64,000 bases of DNA from a virus. The notes below the pieces were generated by a model, which was given only the letters and a program-made list of their open reading frames with translations, did not search any database and had not been told where the DNA came from. The stretch is taken from positions 32,001 through 96,000 of the IMG/VR virus record IMGVR_UViG_3300020448_000002, one strand, 5' to 3'. Below are positions 27,301-42,300 of this stretch, piece after piece (within the stretch, counting starts at the first letter, position 1; each line of letters starts with the position of its first letter). Position numbers and translations under genes: made by a program.

Positions 27301-30300
27301 ATGGTCTACTAGTTGGAGATCAGGTTACCATCTATGGTGCTAACCCAATCATCTATAATGGAACTTTCTTAGTTACATCAAGAGATTCTACCACTGTATT
27401 CCAATATCAACTACCTCAACCAGGTGGAGTTATACCACAAGGTAATATTCTTGTTTCTATTGACCTTAATAAGGGTAAATCATCAAGTGAACAAATTTTA
27501 ACTGCTATTGGTTCGTACACCACTAACGTTCAGAACACATTTTTCAACGACAATTACGTTTACGTTGCTTCTACAGGTATTCCAAACTATGACATAGGTC
27601 CGTTTCCTGGTTCTGCACTATTGCCTGGTAACCAAAGAAAATTAAACAGATTCCCAAGAGTTGCTCAAACTATATCTACAAAGAACTTAATTAATCCAGG
27701 TCCTGTTGGAACTTGGGTTAATGGTGTTTCTATATGGTCATATAAGTCATCTCTATTCAAAACATTTGGTGCTGTAACTGGTATTACAATTACTAACACT
27801 GGTAAAGACTATGATGCTGCGTCACCTCCTAATATTACTATTGCAGGTGGTGGAGGATCTGGTGCAACAGGTTCTGTTGTTGTTAACGGTTCTCTTAGTG
27901 AAGTAGAAGTTCTTACTGGAGGATCTGGTTATACATCCTCACCATTGGTCTCTATAGTCGGTGGTAACGGGTCTGGAGCTGCTGCTACTGCCATTATAAC
28001 CAAAGGTGTTGTTTCACGTATTCTAATCAATTCTGGAGGAACTGGATATACTTCACAACCATCAATTACTATTGTTGGAGGTGGTGGAACTGGTGCAACT
28101 GCAACAGCAAACGTCAGAGGTCCTATTCAATCTATTTCAGTTGATCAAGGTGGTGCATCATATACCTCTAAACCAACAGTAACACTAAGTTCTGGATCAG
28201 GTGCTGTTGCTCAAGCAATTGTACAGAATGGTCGTATTATATCAATCGCTATCATTTCTGCAGGGTCAGGTTATACAACTGCTCCTATAATAAGCATTCA
28301 AGGTGATGGATTTGGTGCTGTTGCTAGAGCAGGTATTGATGTTGATGGTGAAAACGCAGGAAGAGTTACAAGTGTTCAGATTCTTAATAGAGGTATTGGA
28401 TATATTCAAGGAACCACATTAATTAATCTAACTTCAGTTGGTCAAGATGCATTATTTACAGCAAATGTATTCCAGTGGACTTATAACTTACAAGCAACTA
28501 GTGTATTAGATACTGCTAAAGGTGGAGTATTTGAAGGATTTAATAATCAGTACGGTGGTGAATATGCTCACTTATCAAACCCACAAAGACTAAGATATGT
28601 TCTTGGTGATAACTTACAAGAACCAACAGTAGGAACTATAGTTGAACAAGCAGAACAGTTAAATCACTCACCTATTGTTGGTTGGGCATTTGATGGAAAC
28701 CCAATTTACGGTCCTTATGGTTATGCTGATCCTACAGATCAAGCATCTGCTATCAATAGATTAAACAGTTCTTATAAACTTAAAACTGAACTTGTATATG
28801 ATGTAGTTACAAATCCTTATCCTAGCAGAACTGCAGGTCCTTTACTAACTGAAGAGGCAGCAGGTAACTTTGTAGAAGATTATGAGTATGTGTTTGGTTT
28901 AGGTGATCTTGATCAGTATAATGGTCGTTTCTGTAAAACACCTGAGTTTCCTGCAGGTAGATATTGTTACTTCGTTACTATTGACACTACAGAGCAAGGT
29001 AATGCAGTATTTCCTTATGTTTTAGGTCCTAGTTTCAACTCTGTTGTTGATACTTGGAACTTAACTGACGGTGCAACACAACAGAATATTCCTACTGGTG
29101 TTGTTAGATATCGTGATCCATATGAGAACGTTGATATTGACGTTGAGAGGGCACCAAATGCCTCTACAAACGCTCTAACTACCGAAGACGGTGAATTGCT
29201 CCTATTTGAAGTAGAAGACGAGAATAGAGACGCTGTGATCTCTCAGGATGAGATAGATGATCCTGATCAAATCTTTGAAGAAGCACCTCTACAGTTATTT
29301 GATTATTTCCCTAAAGTTAAGTTTGACTCTAAGGTTGATATTGAAGTTGAGACAATTACTAAGTTTGAAGATGCTTCTGTAACTGGATTTACAGTAGAAA
29401 ATCCTGGTACATCATATCAGGTTAATGATAGACTAGTATTTGATAACACAGATACTGATGGTACTGGTGTTTCTGCTCGTGTTTCTCATATTAAAGGAGA
29501 AGCAGTTTCAACATATGGGTATGAAAGTATTGGTGGTATCAACTATGGTGTTCTAAAAACTACAACTCCACATAACTTATCTGTTGGTGATCAGGTTGTT
29601 GTAGACTATACACCTATAATGAACAACACTAATAAGACTTTTGTTGTTAAACAAATAAAAGGTGTTGAAGAGATTGTTATTGATCAGCAAGGTTCTGGAT
29701 ATAATAGTGAATTACCTCCTACAATCATTCTTGATGGTGATGGAACTGGTGCAGCATTAGAAGCAGTTGTAACAACTGTAGGATCTATTGCTTCAGTTAC
29801 TATTACTAACTCTGGTCAAAATTATACTACAAACCCAAGAGTTATACTATCACACCCTCAAATCTACAAAAAAGCAGATTACTATATTTCTAAGATTGCA
29901 AATGAGGATTATGTTAAGGTTAATGATGTATTTGTAAATGATGCTAAAGAAATATTCATTTGTGGTAAAACAAAAGATTCTTTTGGATATACTATTGGAT
30001 TCTTAGCAAAACTATCTGCTACTGGTGTAAAGGACTGGGAGAAGACACTTAAGAGTACTGATGGACAACAAGAAGTAGAATTTGAAAGAATATTGATTGA
30101 TGGACAAGATATTTACGTTGCAGGTCACAATAAACCAAATGCAAGTATCTTAGAAGCATATAACCCTGATGTTATTCTTTGTAAGTATACACAGGCAGAA
30201 AATGGATTAAGTGCTACTTTACAGTATCAGAAAGCATATGCAGGTATATCTGGTTCTACTCGTTCTGATAATATTAGTGCTATTGCAAAATACTCTGACA

Positions 30301-33300
30301 CTAGATTTGTTTTAGGTGGTTTTACTAATACTAACTCTGGTAATCCATTTGATGCTTATATTGCTGTTGTAGACACACTTGGTAACTTTGCTGTTAAGAG
30401 AAAGATTACTTCTGTAAATGTTTCTGAAAAAGTTACAGATTTACTTGTAAATGGAACTGACATATACTATACACTAGAAATTGCTACAAGTCCTAATGCA
30501 ACAAGCGTTGACACAGGTATTGGTAAAGCAACTGTAGGTACTAGTGCAATTACTCTTGTTTGGACTAAGCAATTAACTAATACACTGTATTCATTCATGG
30601 ATACAAGTCTTACTGTTGATGAGTTTAGTGAACTATACCTTACTGCTACAACAAGACTTAAAGCAGATAATACAACTAAAGATGGTTTCTGGATTGGTAA
30701 ACTTAATACAGAAGGTGTATTCCTTTGGAATTATCGTTATGCAGTAACTGGTGGATACACTGTTAATGTTGCTAAGAGAACTCATATTGATATATTTGGC
30801 GATCTTAACATTGCTCTTAACAAATATCAAAATACAGATGGTGAATTAACTGTTGATGTAATTAAAGTTGGTTATAACGGTATTATTAAATCACAGACAA
30901 ATAATAAATTTAATCTTAATAATGTTGAAGGTGTAACTGCACATACTTTATTCCCTGATAGTTCTGGTGATGTTCATGTATATGGTCAGACTTCTTGGAA
31001 TAGAAATGAACTTCTAATACCATTTACAAGTGGTGCAACTACAGATGTTACAGGACACTATACAGCAACGTTTGTAGGAGATGGAAACTCACTTCAATAT
31101 GACACTTCTAATGGATATGCAAAATTACTAGGAAAAGACTCTACTACTCCTAGTACTTGGGTAAATTCAGTTATACAAGTTAATGGATCAGATTTAACAA
31201 CTAAAATGACTGGCGACTGGACTATTGAGTTCATGTTGTTTAAAGATGCTGCTAATAACAATAATACACACTCTCAAACACAACAAACCCTAATAGCAAT
31301 AGGTGATGCAACCTTATCTACTGGTGGTCTATGGTTGTATTATGATATTGCATCTGGAGAGATGCAGTTAGTTGTTACTGCAAATGGAACTGCACTTAAC
31401 TCTGCATCAGGTTCACTACAATCTACAGTTACAACAATGTTTGCCGATAATACTTGGCAATTTGTTGCACTTACTAAATCTGCAGGTCAATTTACAGCAT
31501 ATGTTAATGGTATACAAGTTCTTCAAGGAACTATTGATAATACTGCATTCCAGAATCAAAATCTATACATTGGTAATATTCCTGGTAAGAGTGGAACATT
31601 AAATCAATTCCGTTCTAATGAACAAGGTCAATATCATGTAGATAATCTTCGTGTTAGAAACAGAGCTGTTACTCCTACAGTTCCTAATGATGTTACTAAC
31701 TATCCTATTGCAGGTGAGTTTAGTGAAGGATTCACATGGACTGATACATCATGGTTCTCTACTTACACTAACAAATATGATTATATTGATTATGTTGGTT
31801 GGGGTTTAAAAGTTGATAAAAACTCTGATGCTGCAAGACTTGGAACTCAAACTGTTCAAACTAACACACAAGTTGGATTTGTTAGAACTGCTATTGCAAT
31901 ACAAACAGGTTCAGAATTAACTGTTAATAATACTGGATTTGGATTAGCAGAAGCAGGATTCCAAAACTTAGACTTTGATGATGCTGATACAACAATGACT
32001 CAAGATTCTGATTCATTAACTTATGTTCAAGATGTTTGGAGTTCTAGAACTGCTACTGTTCCTTCACCAGGTTCTCAAAAACTAAGAGTTACTGCAGTTG
32101 TTAAAGACAGATACTACTTTAAGGTTACACCTACAATCAAGATTGATAATATTCAAGAACTTACTCTAAATCAGCAGTTTAGATTTACTACAGGAACAAA
32201 ATTAGTATTAAGAAGTTCATCAGGATCATTCATTAATAGTGGATACATTATTAGACAAAATTCTGTAGGTAATAAAATATATCTTGCTGTTAATAATAAT
32301 GCTTGGTCAAATGATCTTAATACTGGTGAATTAAGTACAGAACAGTTTAATGAGCAAAGCACTTATGGAATTGTAGGTCCTATACCCGCAGATATTAATG
32401 AACTTATATTTACATTCCCATTATTAAACAATACTACACCTGGTACATTTGATATTGATTTAAACAATTTCAATCACCCAGAAGGAGGTTCAAATAATCT
32501 TGATGAATTAACTAACTTTAAACCTTATACTGATGATGATTACTCTATAAGAATTGATGAAGTATCTGGTGGTTCACCTTATATTGTTGGATCTGTTGTT
32601 AATATTAACTCTGGTGATATTAGTTTCAATGCTGCATATACAACTGCACAAATTATTAATTTAACTGGTGTTCTTAAGATTACTTTAGTAGCAACACTTA
32701 AGAAGATTATACAAGTAACTGGTGTTGCTAATAGTGATGAAGTTTATATTGTTACTGGAAATAGTCATTACCTTACTGAAGGTGAAATGGTTAATATTGA
32801 TGGTAACCCATCACAAACTGTTGATAGTGTAGTTTATGATGAATATGATGGTGCTTTCCCAGTTCATACTGTTGTAAGTCCTGTTGAATTTACATATAAG
32901 TTACCTTCTGCTGCAATAACTGCACCAGCTACAAGTTCTGGAAGTGTTAATATCTACGTTAAGTCACCTGTTCTTAAAATGTATTATGGACATCAATATC
33001 TCTTTGATGTTAGTCATTCTTCTATGGCAGGTGGTAACTTATCATTCTCTAAAGATAATCTCTACAAACTAGAATACTCATTTAACTCTATTGAAAGAGT
33101 AGGTACACCTGGTATTACTGGTCAAGGTGTTGCAAATCCTACTGTTAAATTAAAAGTTGATTCTGATATTGTTACTAATATTTCTTATTACTTTGACCCA
33201 TCTAGAACAGGTGATGATTCTCCTGTTATTAAAGCTAGTTACTTAGACGTTGTTAATTCACCTTACGTAGGTAATTTTACAATTAGTTCTACATCTGGTG

Positions 33301-36300
33301 CAACTATTACTCGTGGTGCAGATACATTCAAATTCCCACTTGCTAATGAACCAGAAGGTATTGCTGATGTTATTAATACATCTTACAGCACTAGTTCATT
33401 AAAAGCAGTTGGTTCTATAAGTGATATTCGTATTGTTAATGGAGGTGGTTTCTATACTAGACTGCCAGTTGTTACAACTATCCAGTCATCTAGACAAATC
33501 GAGAGAGTTCAAATTGATTCACCAGGTACTGAATATGCTGTAGGTGTTTATAATAGTGTTCCTATTGCAGGTGATGGAGAAGGTGGATTTGTTTCGATTA
33601 CTGTTGCTGATGGAACTGATGATGAAGGAGTAACTATTCCTGGTCAGATACAGTCTGTTGTTGTTACATCACCAGGTAAAGGATATACTACTGCAAGTAT
33701 AGATGTTGAATCAATATCAGGTATTCTTGGAGCAGGTTTAACAGGTTCTGGTGTTGATTTGAATGTTGTTATTCCTCCTGCAGGAACAGGTGCTTCTATC
33801 TTTACTAAAGGAACTAAAGTTGGTAAAATTAAGAAATTACAGAACAACAACTTTGGATATGATTATCCTCATGATTATACTTTACGTCCTGAGATTTCAT
33901 TCCCGATTAACGCACAGTTAACATCTACAAGTATTCTAGACAGTATTACAGTTACAGATCCAGGTTCTGGATATTCACAAGCACCAACCGTTGTTATTAC
34001 TGGTGGTGGTGGAGCAAATGCAACTGCTGAAGCATCAATTAAGAATGGTCGTTTAGATGATATTATTGTTAAAGATCCAGGCTCAGGTTACTCTTCTGCT
34101 CCTACTGTTGCATTAAGATCATCCTTTAACTATGTTGTTAACCTTGACTTAGGATTACTACAATTTGCTTTCCCACATGGTATTGTAAATGGTTCTGAGG
34201 TTACCTTAACAGTTACTGATACTGGTGATGGTGCTGAGTTCCCATTAGCAGCAGGTGCTATTGGTCGTTTGAACTCTACTAACACATATTATGCTATTGC
34301 AGGTACTGCTAATTCTCTAGAAGAAAACCAGTTAAAGATTGCTATTACTGCTGCTAACGCTGCATTAGGAGATTCAATATCATTTGTTAACGCAGGAACA
34401 GGTCGTCAAACAATATTAACTGAATCATTTGGTGGTGCTGCTACTGCAAACGTTATTACTTCTACATTCTTAGAAGGTGAACTTGTTTATCAAGGTGATA
34501 GTTTAGACGCTGCAACTGCTAGTGGATATGTTTCTACTAACCAAGGTTGGCAGGTAGGACCTAGAATTATTAAGATTGTTGATTACACTGGAAACTTTAA
34601 TGCTAACGAAAGAATAACAGGTGTTATTTCTAAATCTTCTGGTGTTATAAGTGATCTTAAGATTGCTCGTGGTGTTCTTGAAATTGGTTCTATTACTAAA
34701 ACAACTGGTCAATTTATTGATGACATCGGTAAACCATCTGAAATTATTCAGAAGATTCAAGATAGTTACTATTATCAAGATTTCTCATATGCTGTTAAGT
34801 CTGCTGTTTCTATTGGTGAATGGAAAGAGATATTACTTAAGAACGTTCACCCTGCATCATTTAAAGTATTTGGTGAATTAAATCTATCCGATTATGGTCA
34901 AATTCCTAATAAGGAAACTGATTTCCAGATAACAAAAGCTGTTGAATTAGCAAGAGAAGCAATTGTACCTAACATTCAGAGTTTCTCTCTAGTTGAACCA
35001 GTATATTCACAGTTTAATAACTCAGAAGTATTATTCAGACAGAAGAGATTAACATCTTCTGAGAACATTTTGACTTCTGTTGTTCAGCGTATTGATGATA
35101 TATCAAATGAATTTGATGGAGTTAAAACACAATTCCAATTAAAAGTTAATGGTGAGAACGTAGTTGCTAATGCTAACCAGTTAATGATCATCTTAAATGG
35201 TGTTGCTCAAACTCCTGAGACATCATTTAATATTCAAGGTGATTCTATTGTATTCAGTCAACCACCACAACCACCTGCAAGTATTAAGTATGTAAACGTT
35301 ACTATCGAACAGATTACTATATCCGTTCTTGAATTTACTAATATTAGTGGAATATTCCCAATCAAGGGAAATACAATGACTGGACAGACTTCTGGAACTA
35401 GATTTACTGTTACAACTGTTGTTGGTCAAACTGTTCAAGGATTCTTTGTAGAAGGAACTGCATTCCTTGCAGATGAATTAGTAAGTAATAGTGCTACTGG
35501 ATTTATTGCAAACTATGCATCAGTATCAACTCTTTCAAATCTTGGATTATTTGTATTTGGAGAGCAGGTTTCAAACCTTACTGGAGAGACTGCTAAAGTT
35601 GAAGCAATTAACTTAGCAGGTGGTTCTGAAGCTCCACTTGGTCAATTACGTTATGGTATAGGTCCTTCAACTGCATCAGTTGAAGTTGTAGCAGCAAAAA
35701 CAGTTTCTACTGATCCTGATACAGCTCCTGTTGCAGGAACATTTACTGTAAGTGGTAATTATCAGATTGGTTCTGAAATTGTAACTGTAACTAATATTAC
35801 TACTAACAATGACTCAGTTACATTAGAAATAACTAGAGGTCAATTAGGTACTACAGCAGCAACACAGGCAGAAGATGGTCCTGTATATGCAACCACAGTT
35901 CTTGTTAATGACAAATTAACTTTAAGTAAAACTACTGGAACATATCAGTCTACACCTGGTTTATTTGATCTTGCTCTTAATGATGTTATTATCGGTGCTC
36001 AGTCTGGTGTAGTTGCAAGATTGACTGCTACATCAACATATCAAGATCCTACAACTAATGAGTTTATTGGTCAGGTTAATATTTCAGAAGGATCTTCATT
36101 CTTTGGATTACTATTCAACAGAGTTACATCAATTACATATCCAAATATTGTTCTAGATGATATTTCATTATCAACAATTAGTGTTGTTGACTATACAGAC
36201 TACGTAACAGATATTGATTCTCAATTCCCTGCTAACGAATTTATAAGTCAAATTGTAATTCCTTACGATAATGCTTCTGGCAAGTTATCTGTAGGAGAGA

Positions 36301-39300
36301 AAATTAGAAATTATAAACTTGATTATGGTAATAATGTTGGAACATTTAATAGTGGTGAATCTGGTAAGTCTAGAAAACTATCATTTAAAGATAAGGTAGG
36401 AACTGGTCTATTTTCTACAGGTGATACAATAAGAACTAGAGATACTAAAGCAGAAGTAATTGGATTTAATTTCTCAGGTAATACAATATATCTTGGTAAG
36501 ATTGGTAGATCACTAAGAGGTGGTGCTGACTATCATCAATTTAACTTCTCTGGTAGTGCTCAATTAGATACTTCAATTAAGAAATTTGGAGATTCATCAT
36601 TACAACTTGATTTAGCAACAAGTGATTATATTCAAATTCCTGCATCATCTGAATTTACTCGTGGTACAGGTGATTATACTATTGAATTCTGGGTTCGTTT
36701 AGATGCAGTATCATTAGCAGATACTAAGACTCTACTTGATATGAGAACAAGTGCTACTGAAGTTGCACTTAGAATTTACTTACAAGCAGCACAAGTTCGT
36801 GTTAATGTTAATGGTTCAGATATAGCAACTTCTGGTGGAAATGCTCTAAACAATAATGTTTGGTATCATCTTGTAATTCAAAGAACTGGAACTACTCTTA
36901 AGATTATATCTAATGGAGTTGAGATTGGAACTGGAACAGATAGTAGTAACTATACATTGGATAGACCAATCAGAATAGGTGCAGATTTATCTGGTCTTAA
37001 TCCTATAACTGCTCATATTGATGAGTTTAGATATTCTACAGTTTCACGTTACGATACATTACCATTTACTTCTCCTAATGGTATTTTCCAAGGAGATACT
37101 GATACTAAAGTATTATGTCACTTTGATGGTGCTGATGGTGCAACTAAGACTGAAGATTGGTCTGGTGGTGAATCATTTACTAAGGGTGAATATGTTAATA
37201 ATGATTCTATATTAACAACATATAGTTCAAATCCAACTGCTGCTCCTGTAGGATTTAATACTAAGAGTCACAGATATATTAACGCTGCAGATTTATTGTT
37301 AATGAACAAGGAATACCTTGCTCAAGAAACAGTTTATATTATGAAAGAAGTATTCCCTGCACATAGTGTTAAGGGTAGTGAAGTTGATTGTGAAGATGAT
37401 GTAAGAGATGTTGTTGATGCTATTGTAGAAGATTTACGTAATGGTAGTAATCATCATATGTGGAAAGCAGCTTCATACTATGTTAATAGAGAAGTCAATC
37501 CAATTCAAATTGTAAACGTAGAAGATGATGTCTCTATGACAGTCTATGTTTATGAAATATTAGATAAACTTGCTAAGTATATTGTTAATAATGTTCCTTG
37601 GAGTACTCAAGGTGATCATGGTGTAACACAAAAATTTGACACTTCTATTACATTTGATGGTTATACAACTCAAACATTAACTAAGTTTACACCAACAGCA
37701 ATCGACTATCATCCATCAATGGGTGACATGGAAATAACAGCTGCAAGTCATGGACTCGCGGCCCCTAGAACTATAACAGCAACAGACTCAGGATACACTG
37801 CTACCACTGGTGTTTTGACGATTCAATCTGTTGGGCACAGTCTAGAAACTGGGGACAGAATTAAGTTTGAACCTAATTCTATTACCATGACTTGTACTTG
37901 TGATGGTAATACAGTATCACAGAGTTATCCTAGAGATGATGATCCTGCAAACCAAGGCTGGTTGGAGGTATCAAAGATTGATAATGACAACTTTAGTGTA
38001 AATGTTGGAACATCTCCAACAGTCAACTTTACTGCAACTGCAGCAGATTATGATAGTAATACTGGTTTCTTAACTATGGACATTGGTGACAATGACCTAA
38101 GACCAGGCAGTAAGTATACTGTTTCTAACGCTGCATATAATCCTACTAGTGGTGTAATGACAGTAAGTATTGGTAACGATCAATATAATGTTATTGATGC
38201 TGATTACAGTCCTCTAAGTGGAGATTTAGAAATCTTTGTTATGTCACATAATCTAAAAACAGGACAGAAAGTTAAGATTGCTAATGATGGTCTTACATTC
38301 AGATGTTCTCAAGATGATTATGCTACTGATCACCCATATCCAAGAGCAACTGACCCTGCACGTAATACAGCATTAGAAGTTATTCATGTAACTGATACAT
38401 CATTCACTGTAAACGTTGGTAAGTCTCCTATAGTTACTTACGATGTTTCTAATGCAACATTCAATCCTAATACAGGTGATATGGAGTTGACTATTGGAAA
38501 TCATAGTTTGGCTTCAGGTACTTCTATTAGAATAGCAACTCAAAGTATTGGATTTACATGCACATATGGTGCAGGTGTTCACTACTATCCAAGACCTCTA
38601 ATTGATGAGCACGTTCCAACTAATGTAGCATACAATCCAACAACAGGTGTAGTAACATTTACTGTTACTCAAGGACATGGAATTAAGAATGGTGATAAAG
38701 TTAAGATTCCTGATTATACACTTACATTCACATGTGACAAAGATAATAATGCAACTGAACACAGATATCCTAGACCTTATGATCCTATTAGTGATAAATG
38801 GATTCCAGTAAGTAATGTTCAAACAACATCATTCGATGTTCAAGTATTAGATAATGCTCCTTCAACAAATACATCTACTCATACCTTTGTAAGTTTTACA
38901 GGTGTAATTCAACAGAAACGTGATAAATCATTTGAACAATCTGTTGCAATTACTGGTACAACTGGAACAACTATTACTCTTAATGTTGGTATTTCAAGTA
39001 ATACAACAACTCATACATATTCAACTTCTAAAGCAGGTGCTGTAATTACTGGTGGTAATTATAAGCATAAGTTTAGATCTGCAGTTGATAATGCTATAAC
39101 AGTAGAGCATGGATTATATGTTGGTGATAGAGTCATGTTTGATAGAGACTCACTAACATTTACATGTCTTGAAGATAGTAATGCTACTGAGCACACATAT
39201 CCAAGAATTACAGATCCTTATTATAATAAGTGGTTACCTATTTCTAATGTAACTCATACAACATTCGATGTTCAAGTATTGAGTTCTACCCCTTCTACTA

Positions 39301-42300
39301 ACCAAACTGCTCATACATTTGTTCGTGCTAAAGTTAATGGTTTAACAAGATCTGGTGAAACACTAAAACTTGCTAAAGATGCATTATCATTTACATGCTC
39401 ACAAGATAATGATGCTACTGTTCATTCTTATCCTAGAGTTGATGATTCTGTTTATAATACTGCTATTCCAATTTGGAGTAATGGTAGCACTAAGATGACT
39501 GCTCAAAGTGCAACTTATAATACTGCAGAAGGATTATTAATTATTACTATACTGAATCATGGTTTAACAGTTGGAACTGAAATTAGATTAGAAAATAATT
39601 CTCTTGTCTTTACATGTGCTAAAGATGGCAATAAAACAGAGCATTCATATCCAAGACCTAAAGATCCATATGCTGCTAGATGGTTAAGAATTAAAGCGGT
39701 TACTGATCATACATTCACAGTGTTTATTGGTGAAGCAAGTTCTACAGGTCAATTTGCTCATACATTTGTAAGAGCAGTTAAAGATGGTATTATCAAACGT
39801 GATAACACTGTTACTGTTAACGTTGGTGCTACTCCAACTAAGGCGTATACTCCATCTGCTGCAACTTATAATGCTAGTACTGGTGCTTTAGAATTAAATA
39901 TTGGATCACATAGTTATCCTGCTCCAACACAACATACACCAACTGATGTTGCTTACAATCCTGTTAGTGGTGTAATGACTCTGACTATTGCAGGTCATAA
40001 CTTCTCTAATGGTGAAAAAATTAAGATTGCTGATAATGGTATTAAATTAAGTTGTCCTTATGGTGGTGCAACTGGAACTGCTGCACAGAAAGATTATCCA
40101 CGTTCTACTGACCCAGTTAGCAATAAATGGATTCCAATATTCAACGTAACTACAGATACTTTTGATGTTCAAGTTTTAGATTCAACTCCTTCAACTAACG
40201 TTGATACTCATACATTTGTAAGTGCAGTTACTAACTGTGTTAGCAAGGCAAATTACACTGTTAAACTTGCTCCTGATTCATTACTAATGACATGTGATAT
40301 GGATAGTGGTGCTACTAAACATGTATATCCAAGATCTAATGTTGCTACTCATACTCCATCTACAGGTACAAGTTACAACCCAGTAACAGGTGCTCTTACA
40401 GTTTCAATTCCTACTGAATCATTTACTGCTAGTGCTGCAAATTATAATGTTACAACAGGTGCTTGTGTATTAACAATATCTCAGAATGCAGGATCATATA
40501 ATGTTACTGGTGCAACTTATTCACCTTCTGTTGGAACTTTAGTTCTTACACTTGGATCACATAATTTAACAACTAATGACAGAATTAAAATTACTCCAGA
40601 ATCACTTAGATTTACTTGTGATTATAATAATGATAATAATACAACTGTTCATCCTTATCCTCGTGCTGCAGGTGCATACAACTCAACAAATTCAAAAGCA
40701 GATTACGCTTATGATACATGGTTAGACATTAGTGCAGTTACAGGAACAACAATTACTGTAAACGTTAACGGTGGTCAAGGTGCTATTACTGATATTAGTA
40801 ACCATACATTTGTTGGTGCACTTGATGGTGCAGTTCAAGTTGGTCATGGTATCGTACCTGGCAATAAGGTTAAACTTGCTCCTAACTCACTAACATTTAC
40901 TTGCACATTAGATGGTAACTCTGCACAGAAATCTTATCCTAGAGCAACAGGTGCTAATACAACAAGTGGTGCTGACTATGCTTATGATAAGTGGCTCAGA
41001 GTTATGGATGTTGGAGATAATACAATAACTGTTAACTTGAATGGTGGTCAAGGTGCCATCTCAGATACATCAGCACATACATTTGTTTCTGCTACTGCTA
41101 ATGGTATTACCCTTGGACACGGTATGGTTGCTGGTACACCTATTAAGATCAAAGATGGTGGCGTAATATTCAGATGTGCTCATGATAATAATGCTACTTT
41201 ACATCCTTATCCTAGATCAACTGACCCTGCAAGTGATAAGTGGTTGTTTATTAAGAATGTAAGTGATACTCAATTTGAAGTTGATATTTTACAAGGAACA
41301 ACTCCTACAAATACTACAACACATACCTATGCAGGTTCTATTGATAATTGTATTGTTCAAGGAGATCCACTTGTTGCTCAAGCAATTCCGATTGATGCAG
41401 TTACAGGTAATACTATTACTATCAATGCTTTAGATGGATATACACCTTCATTTACACCAAACCATACTTTAGATTCTGTAGCAACATCTCAGTTTACACC
41501 AACTAATGCAGTTTACAATGGAACTACAGGTCTAATGACCATAACAGTTCAAACTGCTAACTTCCAACCTTCTACTGTTGCTTATAATGCGATAACTGGT
41601 GAGATGCAAATGACTATTGGAACTCATAGTTTGGCAGTTGGAGAAGAAATATTAATTGCTCCTAATTCACTAACATTTACTTGTGATTTTAATGGAGATG
41701 GAAATACTACAAATAAAACATATCCTAGAGCAACAGGTGCTGCAACTCCTAGCGGTGCAGACTTTGCTTACAATAATCAATTAGTAATTACAGACACCAC
41801 AGCAACAACTATTACTGTAAACGTAAATGGTGGTGGAGGAGCAATTACTGATACAACCAACCATGTATTTGTATCGGCATTAGCAGATGCAGTCAGTGTT
41901 TCACATGGAATCAAGAACGGTGAAAAAATTAAGATTGCTGATAATGGTATTACATTTACTTGTACTCATGATAGTAATGCTACAAACCATCCATATCCAA
42001 GAGTAACTGATCCTGCTAGTGGTAGATGGTTAGATGTTCATAACGTCACTAATACTACTTTCGATGTTCAAGTATTAGATGAAATTCCTTCTACAAATAC
42101 TACAACTCATACATTTGTTTCTGCTACAACTAATGCGATTACAAGAGCAATAATTTCAACTGGTGGTAACTATAAGCATAAGTTTATATCTGGTCTTACA
42201 AACGGTGTTAGAACTGGTGGTGACTATACTCATACATTTGTTTCTGCTACTTCTAACGGTATACATGTTGCAGGTGATTCAGTTTACATTGATACTAATT

